NCBI GenBank assembly: GCA_035576605.1
Contig: DATLWF010000196.1
Coordinates: forward strand, 9,430-73,429
Direction of reading: 5' to 3'
Source of the DNA: Blastocatellia bacterium
Lineage (GTDB): Bacteria; Acidobacteriota; Blastocatellia; UBA7656
DNA: 64,000 bases
Position numbers and translations under genes: made by a program. The notes below the pieces were generated by a model that did no database searches, was not told where the DNA came from, and saw nothing but the letters and a program-made list of their open reading frames with translations. Below, piece by piece: positions 1 to 9,008 of the stretch (positions within the stretch are counted from its first letter, which is position 1; every line of letters begins with the position of its first letter).

Positions 1-2386
1 CGGTTCCTCCGACAGTCACAGTAGCGCCGTCGACGAAATTCGTTCCCGTGATTGTCACCGATGTCCCGCCGGCGGTAGTCCCAGTATTCGGCGAGACCGA
101 TGTAACGGTGGGTGCGCCACTGCCGCCTCCACCTGATTTCGGCAAAATAGTCGTATCGTTCTTTAGCGCACCGGGCGCCGTGTTCAAGTAGGTCGATGGC
201 GATAGCACTATCTGATCAATAGACAGTCCGTCCTCTCTGACCTGTATTCTAATTGTGTGGGTTCCGCTCCCGGAGAAGTAGATGAGCGGCCCCATGACCC
301 CGACACCCCAACCATTGTCTTGCCACCCCCAACCCTGCAGACCGCATCCCGTGCAATCTTCCAGGTTGATGGCGGAACCTGATGTTGTTCCGATTCTAAA
401 GACAGGTGCTCCGCCGCTGCCATCAAGGCTGTCTGAAAACTGCGCAAATACCGAATCGTTCCCCCAGTAGTCGGCCTGAGCTTTGCCTCTTATCCACAGC
501 CGATAGCCTGTGGATGCGTCCGCCTGAAAGGTCATTTCAAAATAATCTGACGGGTTTGGAAGCGCGTCCGCCAATTTGGGGGCGCCGGCATCTGGATTGG
601 CCAGCCTGAATCCGCCGGCGGCTGACGCATCCGATACGACGTTCCAATTTCCCACTCTAACCGGGGCCTCCGAAGCATACATCACCACGTCGGCCGAAGT
701 CGGCGGAGGTGGAGGCGGAGGAGTTGTGTAGGTGAAGGAATTGGCTAGCGTTCCGTTTTGGCCATCAGTGTTAGTCACAATCACACTAACGGCGCCTGCC
801 GAGTGCGCCGGCGTAACCGCCGTAATTGTAGTGCTGCTGGTCACGTTGATACTGGTCGCCGCCGCGCCGCCAATACTCACGCTTGCGCCTGACAGAAAAT
901 TGGTTCCGGTGATGGTAACAGCCGTTCCACCAGCCGTGCTTCCGGTGTTCGGCGATATAGATGACACAGTAGGCGCAGGGCCGGGCGCCCCCCCTGCCGT
1001 GGTAAAGCTCCAGGTTGGGCCGCTCGCCGTCATGTTGGCCATCGTCTTGCTCACAATACGCCAGTAGTACTTCGTCGCCGCTTGTAGCGATTGCGGCGCA
1101 AACGTTTCCGGGATCGATCCGTTGTCCACCGATCCAATGAACTGATCAGCGGCCAGAAGAGGCGGGTTGGGGTTGGTGCCAAAGTAAATGTCGAATTTTT
1201 GAGCGTATGGTCCGCCTTCCCACGCCAGCGTTACGTTGGTAGCCACGCCAGTAGCATTGTTCGCGGGTGTTTGATAGGAGGGCGGATCGGGCGGAAGAGG
1301 AGTGAATGGTTGCGTCTCAGTCGTTGAATTCCATTTACGCTCGAATTGATTCACAAACCAATTGAAGAACCATGACTTGGTAGTGAAGTAGTTGTTCTCT
1401 GCCTGGCAGTTCGCCGACGGACCGGTCCAGTTTGATGAGCCGAATATTGTGAGCCCCTGCCCATACAGCATCGAAACCTTTTCGTGATTCAACCCCTGAT
1501 GCGCTCGAATCCTTATCTGAACTCCGGCATTGTAGAGTAAATCAACATTATAGGAATCCCACGGCCGGGTTGGATTCCTATATTCGTTTTGCTCGGTGAG
1601 CAGACGGACCGGTATTCCGCGATTCACCGCGGCTATGGTCATGTTGGTAAATCCCAAATTGGTGATGCGATACATAATCACATCGATCTTCCGTGTCTCA
1701 CCATTAAATGCACTGAGGCTGCGATTATAGAAACTCTCCGAACCGTCGGCGCTTGGCGGGAAGTTCAGTTCGGGATCTATCGGATACGTGGGATAGCGGC
1801 GGCTCAAAGCTCCGCTGATATTTGCGTAGTTCCCATAATTGGTTGTATCGGTCCACATATCGTCCATGATGGTCTTGAAACTGTTCAAGACCGACGAAAC
1901 GCTTGTGAAGTAGATTGCTTCATCTATGTAATCCACGTAGGGCTGATTCGGCACGAAGAAGAACGGGCCATAGTTCGCGCCGCTGAATTCGATCTGACCC
2001 TGTCCTACAAACAGCATGAACTTTCGGTGCAGAATACAGTCGGCTACCTTGTACCGCATCGGGATACCGGCAGCTCGAAACTGATCGAGTATCTGCTGAT
2101 TTCCAGCGTAGGTGTCGCTTGCCCTCGGGTCGCACAATATCCGGACCGGAACGCCCGCTTGAAACCGAGCGATTATCTTGTTCGATAGCGATGTGTCCTG
2201 TATGAACCAAAAAGAGACGTCTATACCCACCGTCTCATTGTCAATGAGAGTCCATAAGGGCTGACGGCAGTCCTCAAAGGAGGTGTCGCACAGTCGCTCC
2301 ACCTGAGCAGATGTTTGCCCGGCTGCAAACAGCACTAGTATTGCCGATAAGGGAAGACTAAAGGCGAATCGTTTAATGGACGTCAT
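1..2386 (-). CDS. Secreted multidomain protein, 3'-partial (C-terminus lies beyond the window start): signal peptide, PLD-like (HxK...GSxN x2) region, a conserved ~190-aa cysteine/tryptophan-rich domain shared with CDS 51831..55115, and IPT/TIG-like Ig domains
   Basis: Not in the ORF track because it runs off the window edge. Hand-translating the minus strand from ATG at 2386 (RBS GGAACGAGG upstream) gives MTSIKRFAFSLPLSAILVLFAAGQTSAQ... HRKFMLFVGQG...SGAN and HEKVSMLYGQG...GSSN are HKD-like motifs. The C-terminal stretch ...PNPSDYFEMTF...CTGCGLQGWGWQDNGWGVGVMGPLIYFS...TTILPKS is about 70% identical to part of CDS 51831..55115. Confidence 0.55.
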   Translation of the reverse strand, partial: MTSIKRFAFSLPLSAILVLFAAGQTSAQVERLCDTSFEDCRQPLWTLIDNETVGIDVSFWFIQDTSLSNKIIARFQAGVPVRILCDPRASDTYAGNQQILDQFRAAGIPMRYKVADCILHRKFMLFVGQGQIEFSGANYGPFFFVPNQPYVDYIDEAIYFTSVSSVLNSFKTIMDDMWTDTTNYGNYANISGALSRRYPTYPIDPELNFPPSADGSESFYNRSLSAFNGETRKIDVIMYRITNLGFTNMTIAAVNRGIPVRLLTEQNEYRNPTRPWDSYNVDLLYNAGVQIRIRAHQGLNHEKVSMLYGQGLTIFGSSNWTGPSANCQAENNYFTTKSWFFNWFVNQFERKWNSTTETQPFTPLPPDPPSYQTPANNATGVATNVTLAWEGGPYAQKFDIYFGTNPNPPLLAADQFIGSVDNGSIPETFAPQSLQAATKYYWRIVSKTMANMTASGPTWSFTTAGGAPGPAPTVSSISPNTGSTAGGTAVTITGTNFLSGASVSIGGAAATSINVTSSTTITAVTPAHSAGAVSVIVTNTDGQNGTLANSFTYTTPPPPPPPTSADVVMYASEAPVRVGNWNVVSDASAAGGFRLANPDAGAPKLADALPNPSDYFEMTFQADASTGYRLWIRGKAQADYWGNDSVFAQFSDSLDGSGGAPVFRIGTTSGSAINLEDCTGCGLQGWGWQDNGWGVGVMGPLIYFSGSGTHTIRIQVREDGLSIDQIVLSPSTYLNTAPGALKNDTTILPKSGGGGSGAPTVTSVSPNTGTTAGGTSVTITGTNFVDGATVTVGGT
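130..700. repeat. Protein-coding direct repeat, copy A (about 75% nt identity to 52660..53240)
   Basis: Antisense ORFs 282..470 and 52804..53013 give near-identical peptides (...TPTPQPLSCHPQPC...). Sense translations share ...PNPSDYFEMTF...GCGLQGWGWQDNGWGVGVMGPL...KNDTTILP. Confidence 0.6.
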
Positions 2387-2879
2387 CCTCGTTCCTATGC
2401 GATGTGGTTTCCCGCCAAAACATTTTTCCAGGCAGTCCGTTCTCGCGTTCAGAAAAGCCTCGTCCGCGGCCAAATCTGCGAATTGTATGCCAGAAGCCTA
2501 ATCAAGTTAGGGCTCCTGGGACTTTGAGGCGCTCGGCATGGGGACCTTTCGTTTTGCGAGGACTCCCGCGCTTTTTTGGTAGGAACTGCATCGGAGGTGG
2601 GAGAGCGCTCCGGCGCCTGCGGGTTTCGGATCGCGTTTGCTTTTCAATTCGAGTGTACGAAGATTGGTTCTGGCCGCGTACGCTCGAACGAGAATCGTAC
2701 GTCAAGCTCCGTTCTGCATTTCTTTTCAATGCTGTAACAAGCAGCCACAAGGTCCGTAACCTAAAGTCACCTCTACATGGATTTCTAATAGTTGAAATTG
2801 TGGCACGGATACAAAAACTCGAGTGCGAGAACAACAGTGTTCTTGATAGGAGTTATTAGACTGCAGATTTGCAGGCGGG

Positions 2880-3587
2880 CTAAACCGGTTCCAACCACTC
2901 ACGCTGTCTTACTTGTGAACAGTTCTTGTCGGCGACAAACGCCGCTATGTGCCCAGCCAAACCACGGATCCGGTGCAATGACCACCGGCAGCTTTCCTGC
3001 GGACCTGCTTCTGAGTCAATTAATTCTGGCTTTCCGGTGAACGAGACTTCGAACGAGTTCAATGGACGAGAGAGCCCTTCGCCGGTTGCTTTGACGTATG
3101 CCTCTTTGCAGACCCAGTACGTCAGAAACGCCGTACTCTTTTCACTGGGGTTGAGTCGGCGAATAGAAGCAGCCTCCGCAGGAGAGAAAAAGCGCTCGGC
3201 GAGCTGGTCCACTTCAAGATCCTGGCCTTCGCGCTCAACATCTATGCCAACCTCCACATCCGATGCAATTGCATACAGGACCAGCTCTCGTGACCGAGAC
3301 AGGTTGAACGTCAATGCATTCTCATATGGGTTGGCAAGGACAGGTTTCCCATTCGGCGTAGTCGAGAAACGGATCTCGCGCGGCTCAACGTCAAGATATC
3401 GACCAAGGATGGTTCTGAGTAACGCGCGTGACACGACGAAGCGTGCGAAGTGTTCTCGCACGCGAAGCCGTTCAGCCCTCTCGCGTTCATCGTTCGCAAG
3501 CTGGGTCAACAAGCGGGCGAGCATTGCCGGCCGTCCCAAAGCGGCGCTCCAAACGTGAACTTCACCTTGCTTTAACTGTAAATCCAT
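2880..3587 (-). CDS. 4'-phosphopantetheinyl transferase, Sfp/EntD type
   Basis: Motifs GEVHVW, GKPV, FNLSRS (FNxSHS-like), GIDVE and WVCKEAYVKATG. The ORF-track start at 3614 is TTG. ATG at 3587 (MDLQLKQGEVHVW) is preferred. Lies 26 nt downstream of the NRPS stop. Confidence 0.75.
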   Translation of the reverse strand: MDLQLKQGEVHVWSAALGRPAMLARLLTQLANDERERAERLRVREHFARFVVSRALLRTILGRYLDVEPREIRFSTTPNGKPVLANPYENALTFNLSRSRELVLYAIASDVEVGIDVEREGQDLEVDQLAERFFSPAEAASIRRLNPSEKSTAFLTYWVCKEAYVKATGEGLSRPLNSFEVSFTGKPELIDSEAGPQESCRWSLHRIRGLAGHIAAFVADKNCSQVRQREWLEPV

Positions 3588-3640
3588 CCGCGCCCGGCCC
3601 TCGAGGAAAACCAATACCGCGTCGTTGTTCCAGCGTGCGT

Positions 3641-6600
3641 CTAAGGCAGGTCAGTCAATTCGGACCGTGACTCTTCGAGACACCTCTTCAACGTCTCAGC
3701 CAGCTGGCGCACATGATTCGTCACGCACGTAATATGTCCGCCGGGAACCGTTTGAACGTCCACCGTCGTAGCTACTCTGCTCCATCCCGCAGTTGGATCG
3801 CCGTCTTCCAGCGCCAATTCTGAAGGCCACACGACAGTAACTCGGCCGCGATACGGTGCAGGGACGTATCCCTGGATCGCTCTAGAGTAGGCGGCAGTCG
3901 CACGCTTCCGCCCGTCGACTGGAATCGAGGCGTTGATGTCAGATCCCATCGGCGCGCCTTGCGAATTACCGTTTCTTTGAATGGAGGCAAACGCCACGGC
4001 CAGGTTTGCCGCCGCTGTCCAGCTTTTCTTCTTGATGAAAGCGATTCGCTCATCTGTCTGCAGTCGCAAGAATTCTGTAAGCCGGGCTCTGTAGTAATCC
4101 TTTATCTCCTGAACACGGGTAAGTCGCTCCCGGTATGCAAGGAAGCGATCCAGCCGTTGCTCGCTTCCCAGCTTGTCAAGATCGCTCAAGCGATTAACTA
4201 CCTTGTGGAGAAGCTTGAATCGAAGCGCGTTTCTCACAGAAGCGCAAAGAAGGACAAGCATATCGATCTTCTCACCCTGGGACTGCAATAGTCGCGCGAT
4301 CTCGAACGCCACTGCCGCGCCGTTACAATAACCGCCTAACAAGTACGGCCCTCGCGGCTGAAACTCCCGAAGCGCCGGCAGGTGGCTTTCGGCCATCGCC
4401 TCGATTGTCGAAGGAATCGGGCCCCCATCCAGTCCGTGGGGCTGAATTGCATAGAACGGCTGGTCATCTCCGAGTCCGTGCGCGAGATTTTGGCAATAAA
4501 ACCCGCCGCCGTTGAAATCGCCATGCAGGAAGAAAAACGGCCGCTTTGATCCTCCCTTGCCGATCTTAACAATGGCTGAGTGAGTCCGGGCCGTCTCTTG
4601 CTCGAGTATCGTAGCCGCTAGATGCTCGATGGTCGCCTCTTCGAATAGAGTCGCGAGTGGAAGCTGTCGCCCGGTTACTTGCTCGATCCGCCCCATCATT
4701 CGAACCGATAGGAGCGAATGCCCGCCCAGCTCAAAAAAGTCGTCTCGTATGCCGACCGGAGTTACCTTCAAGATTTCTTCCCAGATCTCGACGAGCTGTC
4801 GCTCAAGCGGATCTCGTGATCGAACATACTTATCGTTCGGAATAATCTGCGTTGAATCCGGCGCCGGCAATCTTGTGCGATCCACCTTTCCACTATTTGA
4901 GATCGGCAACTCATTCAGCGCTACGAACAAAGACGGAACCATGTATCCGGGAAGCTTCTTCTTCAAGAAGCTGCGCAATTGATCTCGGAGCTCGCTTTGC
5001 GCGAATGAATCGGCGCTTCCACGCGGCACAACGTAAGCCACAAGTCGTTTTTCACCGGGTTGGTCCTCTCTGGCGATGACCATGGCATCGTGGACGTCCG
5101 GGCTGGAGCACAGCGCTGTCTCAATCTCTCCCAACTCGATACGGAAGCCGTTTACCTTGACTTGATCGTCTATCCGACCAGCGATTTGAATATTGCCGTC
5201 GGGAAGATACAGTGCAAGATCACCTGTCTTGTATAACCGCGCGAAAGGCTCAGCACTGAACGGATCTGGTATGAATTTCTCTGCGGTGAGGTCAGGATGA
5301 TTCAGATATCCGCGGGCAAGGCCGGCTCCCCCGATGTGCAACTCGCCAATTACACCAACAGGAGCTGGTTGATGATGTCGGTCAAGGATATAAACTCGAG
5401 CATTGGGAATGGGTCGCCCCACCGGCGCATCCGAGACTCCAGCAGTTGATGGCTTCGGTTTCGATAAGTCCGCAATCGTAGCAACGATGGTCGCTTCGGT
5501 TGGCCCGTAGGTGTTCAGGAGCCGCACGCCTGAAGGAATGCGCTCGTGCCAGGCGGCCATTCGCTCGGGGAGGGCTCGCTCTCCTCCGATGATGACCAGC
5601 CGTGTCGTTTGAGGCAACGACAATCCTTCAGCAACAAGGCTGGTAGTCAGTTCGTGCCAAAAAGCCGTCGGCAAATCCAGCACAGTTATGCCCCAGTCTG
5701 TGCACTGCCGCAAGAATCCCGAGATAGACTTCAGCATAGCGTCAGTACGCAAGACAAGGGTTGCGCCTCGCGCGAGGGAGGAATAAATCTCTTCGGCGCT
5801 AGTGTCGAAGCTGCTGGAGGCGAATTGCAATACTCGATCGCCGGGGGTTATGCCGAATTCGTCGCTCGCGAAATCTATGTAGTTAGTTAAAGAGCGATGC
5901 TCTATCAGGACCCCTTTCGGTGTTCCCGTAGAGCCGGAGGTGTAGATCAGGTATGCGAGATTCTCGGGGGTCACACGGCGGGGCGGATTCTCGGTCGAAT
6001 GCCGACCGATCACCTCCCAGTCTGAATCAAGACAGATTACGCGCGCATCGGTTGCGGGTAGTTCCCTGGCGAGTTGCTCCAGGGTCAACAGCACCGGGGC
6101 GCTCGAATCTGCAAGCATCGCCGCCAATCGTTCTGTCGGATAAGCACTATCCAGCGGCACGTAGGCGCCACCGGCCTTCAAAATACCCAGCAAGCCCACG
6201 ATCATCTCAGTCGAACGACCTACCAACAGGCCAACCAGCTTCTCGGGCCCTACGCCGAGCGATGTCAGATAATGCGCCAGTTGATTAGCCCGCCTGTTTA
6301 GTTCGCCATAGGTCAATTGTGCGTTCGCGCAGATGACCGCAACCGCGTCCGGCGCCTTCGCCGCTTGCTCCTCAAACATCCGGTCAACCGAAGTCCGCGG
6401 TGAGTTGATTGAGTTATTGCTGTTCCATTCGACGACGATCTGATGTCGTTCGGCGGCCGTAAGCATCGGCAATGTCGAGACTGGTTCGTGGACGTAGGAC
6501 GACATGCCTTCAAGCATTGTCATCAAGTGTCCGAGCATTCGTCGGACCATTGCTTGGTCAAAACGTTGTCGGTCATATTCGATCTTCAGCAATAAGGTCT

Positions 6601-7825
6601 CGCCCGACCAGCCCGAGAGCGAGAGCGGGTAACTGGTCTCTTCGAAAAGCTGCAAGTCGCGAATCTCCCAGTTGGTCCAATGCGATTGAATCAGCGACTG
6701 AAGGTCGTAATTCTCGAACATCAGAATGCTGTCAAAGAGCGGCCTTCTGCTAATCACTTCAGACCATTCTTGAATTTTGGGCAGCGGAGTGTTTTCGTAT
6801 TCCCGCAGATTCAGATGTTGCGCCCGGAGTTCCTTGAGCCAGGAGCTAAGGGGTTGGTCTTCCGGAACGGTCACACGAATGGGCAGCGTGTTTATGAACA
6901 GACCAACAGATTCAGCGCCGTCGGATGAGCCCCGACACGCCCGTATCCCTCCAAACACAACATCCGCCTCGCCGCTATAGCGGCTGAGGAGCAGCGCCCA
7001 CGCAGCTTCCACCAGGGTGTAAAGCGTGACGCCGTTTTCCAAGGCAAGCGTTTTCAGCGTTGAAGTCAGAGCCGCCGTCAACCGAATCGCCTGCTCGTCG
7101 TGACCGGTCTGATCTCCCGAAATCGCACCGGGGTTCCGGGCCTCCGGAAGCGGAGTGGGACTGGTAAACCCGCTCAATGTGCTGCGCCAGAACCGCTCGG
7201 CTCTACTCATATCGATCTGTTGGAGACTCTCGATATGCTCACGAAACGGACGCGGCGGCTCTAAGCAGAGAGACGCGTCGTCACAAAGCGCCTCATAAAA
7301 CGCGTGAGTCTGACGCAGAACCTCGACAAGCGATCGGCCATCGAGCAACAGGTGATGAAACGTCAATACGAAATGAAAATCGCGCTCGCCGATATGAAAC
7401 AAGCCAATCCTCATCAACGGCGCCCGCGTTAGATCAAACCCCCTTGTACGATCGTTCTGAAGATAATCCTCGAGCCGCGCTTGCTGATCGACAGACCGCA
7501 CGGAACGCCAGTCCTCGTGGTGCAGTTTCAGGTGAGCAAGCGCGTGAACTTCCTGGTGAGGCTCATCGAGACCATCCCAGCGAAAGCTCGTTCTTAGAAT
7601 CGGATGCCGGTCCACAACCTGCCGCCATGCCCTCGCAAAGGCTTCTATGTCGAGATTGGCGTGAATAGTAAAAAGGAATTGCTCGATGTCAACGCCCGGC
7701 TCCCGAGCGTAAAGCGTATGAAAGAGCATCCCCTGTTGAAGCGGCGAGAGTGCATATGAGTCTTCAATTGCGCGGTGCCCCGGCATTCCGATTGGTTTTT
7801 CCGGTTCAACGGCGATGACGGTCAT
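3641..7825 (-). CDS. Single-module nonribosomal peptide synthetase, C-A-T-TE
   Basis: C domain HHLLLDGRS. A-domain core motifs LAYLIYTSGSTGTPKGV, YKTGDLA, GRIDDQVKVNGFRIELGEIE, NSGKVDR. Carrier motif LGGHSLL. C-terminal alpha/beta-hydrolase TE with GGYCNG in place of GxSxG (Cys codon TGT at 4325-4327, minus strand) and a distal GGH. Confidence 0.9.
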   Translation of the reverse strand: MTVIAVEPEKPIGMPGHRAIEDSYALSPLQQGMLFHTLYAREPGVDIEQFLFTIHANLDIEAFARAWRQVVDRHPILRTSFRWDGLDEPHQEVHALAHLKLHHEDWRSVRSVDQQARLEDYLQNDRTRGFDLTRAPLMRIGLFHIGERDFHFVLTFHHLLLDGRSLVEVLRQTHAFYEALCDDASLCLEPPRPFREHIESLQQIDMSRAERFWRSTLSGFTSPTPLPEARNPGAISGDQTGHDEQAIRLTAALTSTLKTLALENGVTLYTLVEAAWALLLSRYSGEADVVFGGIRACRGSSDGAESVGLFINTLPIRVTVPEDQPLSSWLKELRAQHLNLREYENTPLPKIQEWSEVISRRPLFDSILMFENYDLQSLIQSHWTNWEIRDLQLFEETSYPLSLSGWSGETLLLKIEYDRQRFDQAMVRRMLGHLMTMLEGMSSYVHEPVSTLPMLTAAERHQIVVEWNSNNSINSPRTSVDRMFEEQAAKAPDAVAVICANAQLTYGELNRRANQLAHYLTSLGVGPEKLVGLLVGRSTEMIVGLLGILKAGGAYVPLDSAYPTERLAAMLADSSAPVLLTLEQLARELPATDARVICLDSDWEVIGRHSTENPPRRVTPENLAYLIYTSGSTGTPKGVLIEHRSLTNYIDFASDEFGITPGDRVLQFASSSFDTSAEEIYSSLARGATLVLRTDAMLKSISGFLRQCTDWGITVLDLPTAFWHELTTSLVAEGLSLPQTTRLVIIGGERALPERMAAWHERIPSGVRLLNTYGPTEATIVATIADLSKPKPSTAGVSDAPVGRPIPNARVYILDRHHQPAPVGVIGELHIGGAGLARGYLNHPDLTAEKFIPDPFSAEPFARLYKTGDLALYLPDGNIQIAGRIDDQVKVNGFRIELGEIETALCSSPDVHDAMVIAREDQPGEKRLVAYVVPRGSADSFAQSELRDQLRSFLKKKLPGYMVPSLFVALNELPISNSGKVDRTRLPAPDSTQIIPNDKYVRSRDPLERQLVEIWEEILKVTPVGIRDDFFELGGHSLLSVRMMGRIEQVTGRQLPLATLFEEATIEHLAATILEQETARTHSAIVKIGKGGSKRPFFFLHGDFNGGGFYCQNLAHGLGDDQPFYAIQPHGLDGGPIPSTIEAMAESHLPALREFQPRGPYLLGGYCNGAAVAFEIARLLQSQGEKIDMLVLLCASVRNALRFKLLHKVVNRLSDLDKLGSEQRLDRFLAYRERLTRVQEIKDYYRARLTEFLRLQTDERIAFIKKKSWTAAANLAVAFASIQRNGNSQGAPMGSDINASIPVDGRKRATAAYSRAIQGYVPAPYRGRVTVVWPSELALEDGDPTAGWSRVATTVDVQTVPGGHITCVTNHVRQLAETLKRCLEESRSELTDLP

Positions 7826-7832
7826 GGCGTTA

Positions 7833-8996
7833 TCAAGTCAGTCGCGCGGGAGCTACTTCACTGGGTGGATCCAGCTCGATCACGTCGTACAGCTCGCGGA
7901 CCGCGCGCGCGGTCGCCATGCCCGGTTCATAGAAGAGCTCACTGGCCACCGCCCGCCGCGAAGCCGACTGGGAGTACGAATCGCCAAAGCATCTTTCGAC
8001 CGCGGCAATTGTTTCGCCAACATCTCGGACGGTTATCGATGCTTCGCGCAACAAATCTACATATTCAGGGTTGATGTCCGTTCTCGCGATGAGTTCCGGA
8101 ATGTCGATTCGAACAACCGGGCGATCAAGCAAAAGGTATTCGAACCCGACCGAACTGTGATCGGTGATCAATACGTCGGCCGCGGCGAGATAAGGACAGG
8201 CGTCGCTGCCATCAGCCAGCCATCCGCCACCGCGCCGAAGGATCGGTTCGAGGCGCGCCGCCCAGTCGATGCCGCCGGAATGTTTGTATTGCAGATCGCG
8301 GGACCGATCGTGCAGCTTGACGATCACCGCATAACCCGCGGCCACAAGCTTCTGCACCAGAGCTTCTCCCATCACGTTGAGCGATGAGTAAGGAGACCAT
8401 GTTGGCGCATAGAGAACCGTGCGCCTCGCAGGGTCGATGCCAAGCTCATCGAGCACGTCATCTCGACTAAGCGATCCATCGACCAGACAGTCAAGCTTTG
8501 GATAGCCGACCAGTCGCGCCGCCGGGCTATCGGCGTCAATGGCGCCCACACGGATGTAGTTTTCCATCCGTCGACGATTGATGAAAAACAGGCGGTCCCA
8601 GTCGCGCATCGAGCGGTCCGGGGTGTCATAAACGCGGCTGTACTTGCCAGCCACGCCGTGAAACATTTGAATGCGCCGCGTGCCCCTGGGGAGTGTCACC
8701 CATAGCATGTCGGCGACCAGGTACGCGCTGAATTTCATCAGCGCGGCGCGCGCCGGGCTTACGAGGTTGACATTGCCTCCGATCTCGCCATAAATCGTCT
8801 TCGCCGCGGACGGCTGTTCGCTCGCCGTGAAGAAGAACGTCACTCGCGAGTCTTGCATAGCGCGATAAATTGGAACAATGACCGCGGAGTTCATCGCCGT
8901 TCGCGCGTTGACCAGAACGCAGCGACCCGGGTGGATTCGCCGCTGCCATCGCGTATCCGTTTGCTGCACCCATTTCGTGATGTTGCTCAGAGGCAT
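7833..8996 (-). CDS. CDP-alcohol:polymer polyol-phosphate transferase, TagF/TagB/TarL family
   Basis: VLYAPTWSPY and VLITDHSSVGFEYLLLDRP match the TagF catalytic-domain signatures (LYAPTWR ... ITDYSS). ATG at 8996, 7 nt upstream of the NRPS start. Confidence 0.7.
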   Translation of the reverse strand: MPLSNITKWVQQTDTRWQRRIHPGRCVLVNARTAMNSAVIVPIYRAMQDSRVTFFFTASEQPSAAKTIYGEIGGNVNLVSPARAALMKFSAYLVADMLWVTLPRGTRRIQMFHGVAGKYSRVYDTPDRSMRDWDRLFFINRRRMENYIRVGAIDADSPAARLVGYPKLDCLVDGSLSRDDVLDELGIDPARRTVLYAPTWSPYSSLNVMGEALVQKLVAAGYAVIVKLHDRSRDLQYKHSGGIDWAARLEPILRRGGGWLADGSDACPYLAAADVLITDHSSVGFEYLLLDRPVVRIDIPELIARTDINPEYVDLLREASITVRDVGETIAAVERCFGDSYSQSASRRAVASELFYEPGMATARAVRELYDVIELDPPSEVAPARLT

Positions 8997-9008
8997 TCGA
9001 CGTCTCTT

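Noticed and set aside
1589-2188. Plus-strand ORFs overlapping minus-strand genes. Examples: 1589..2188, 3428..3670, 5546..5890, 7815..8387, 8853..9491, 15547..16089, 17919..18563, 27725..28162, 44144..44806.
   Set aside because: They are antisense to long, motif-rich minus-strand genes. In high-GC DNA the antisense frames are often open. They have no RBS or motif support.
2404-2859. 151-aa plus-strand ORF in the 490-bp gap between the PLD-like gene start and the PPTase stop.
   Set aside because: Arg/Pro-rich low-complexity translation with no RBS. It is probably non-coding promoter/terminator space.
2861-2875. Short hairpin CTGCAGATTTGCAG just after the PPTase stop as a possible terminator.
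   Set aside because: The stem is only 5 bp and a T-tract is poor. It is too weak to call.
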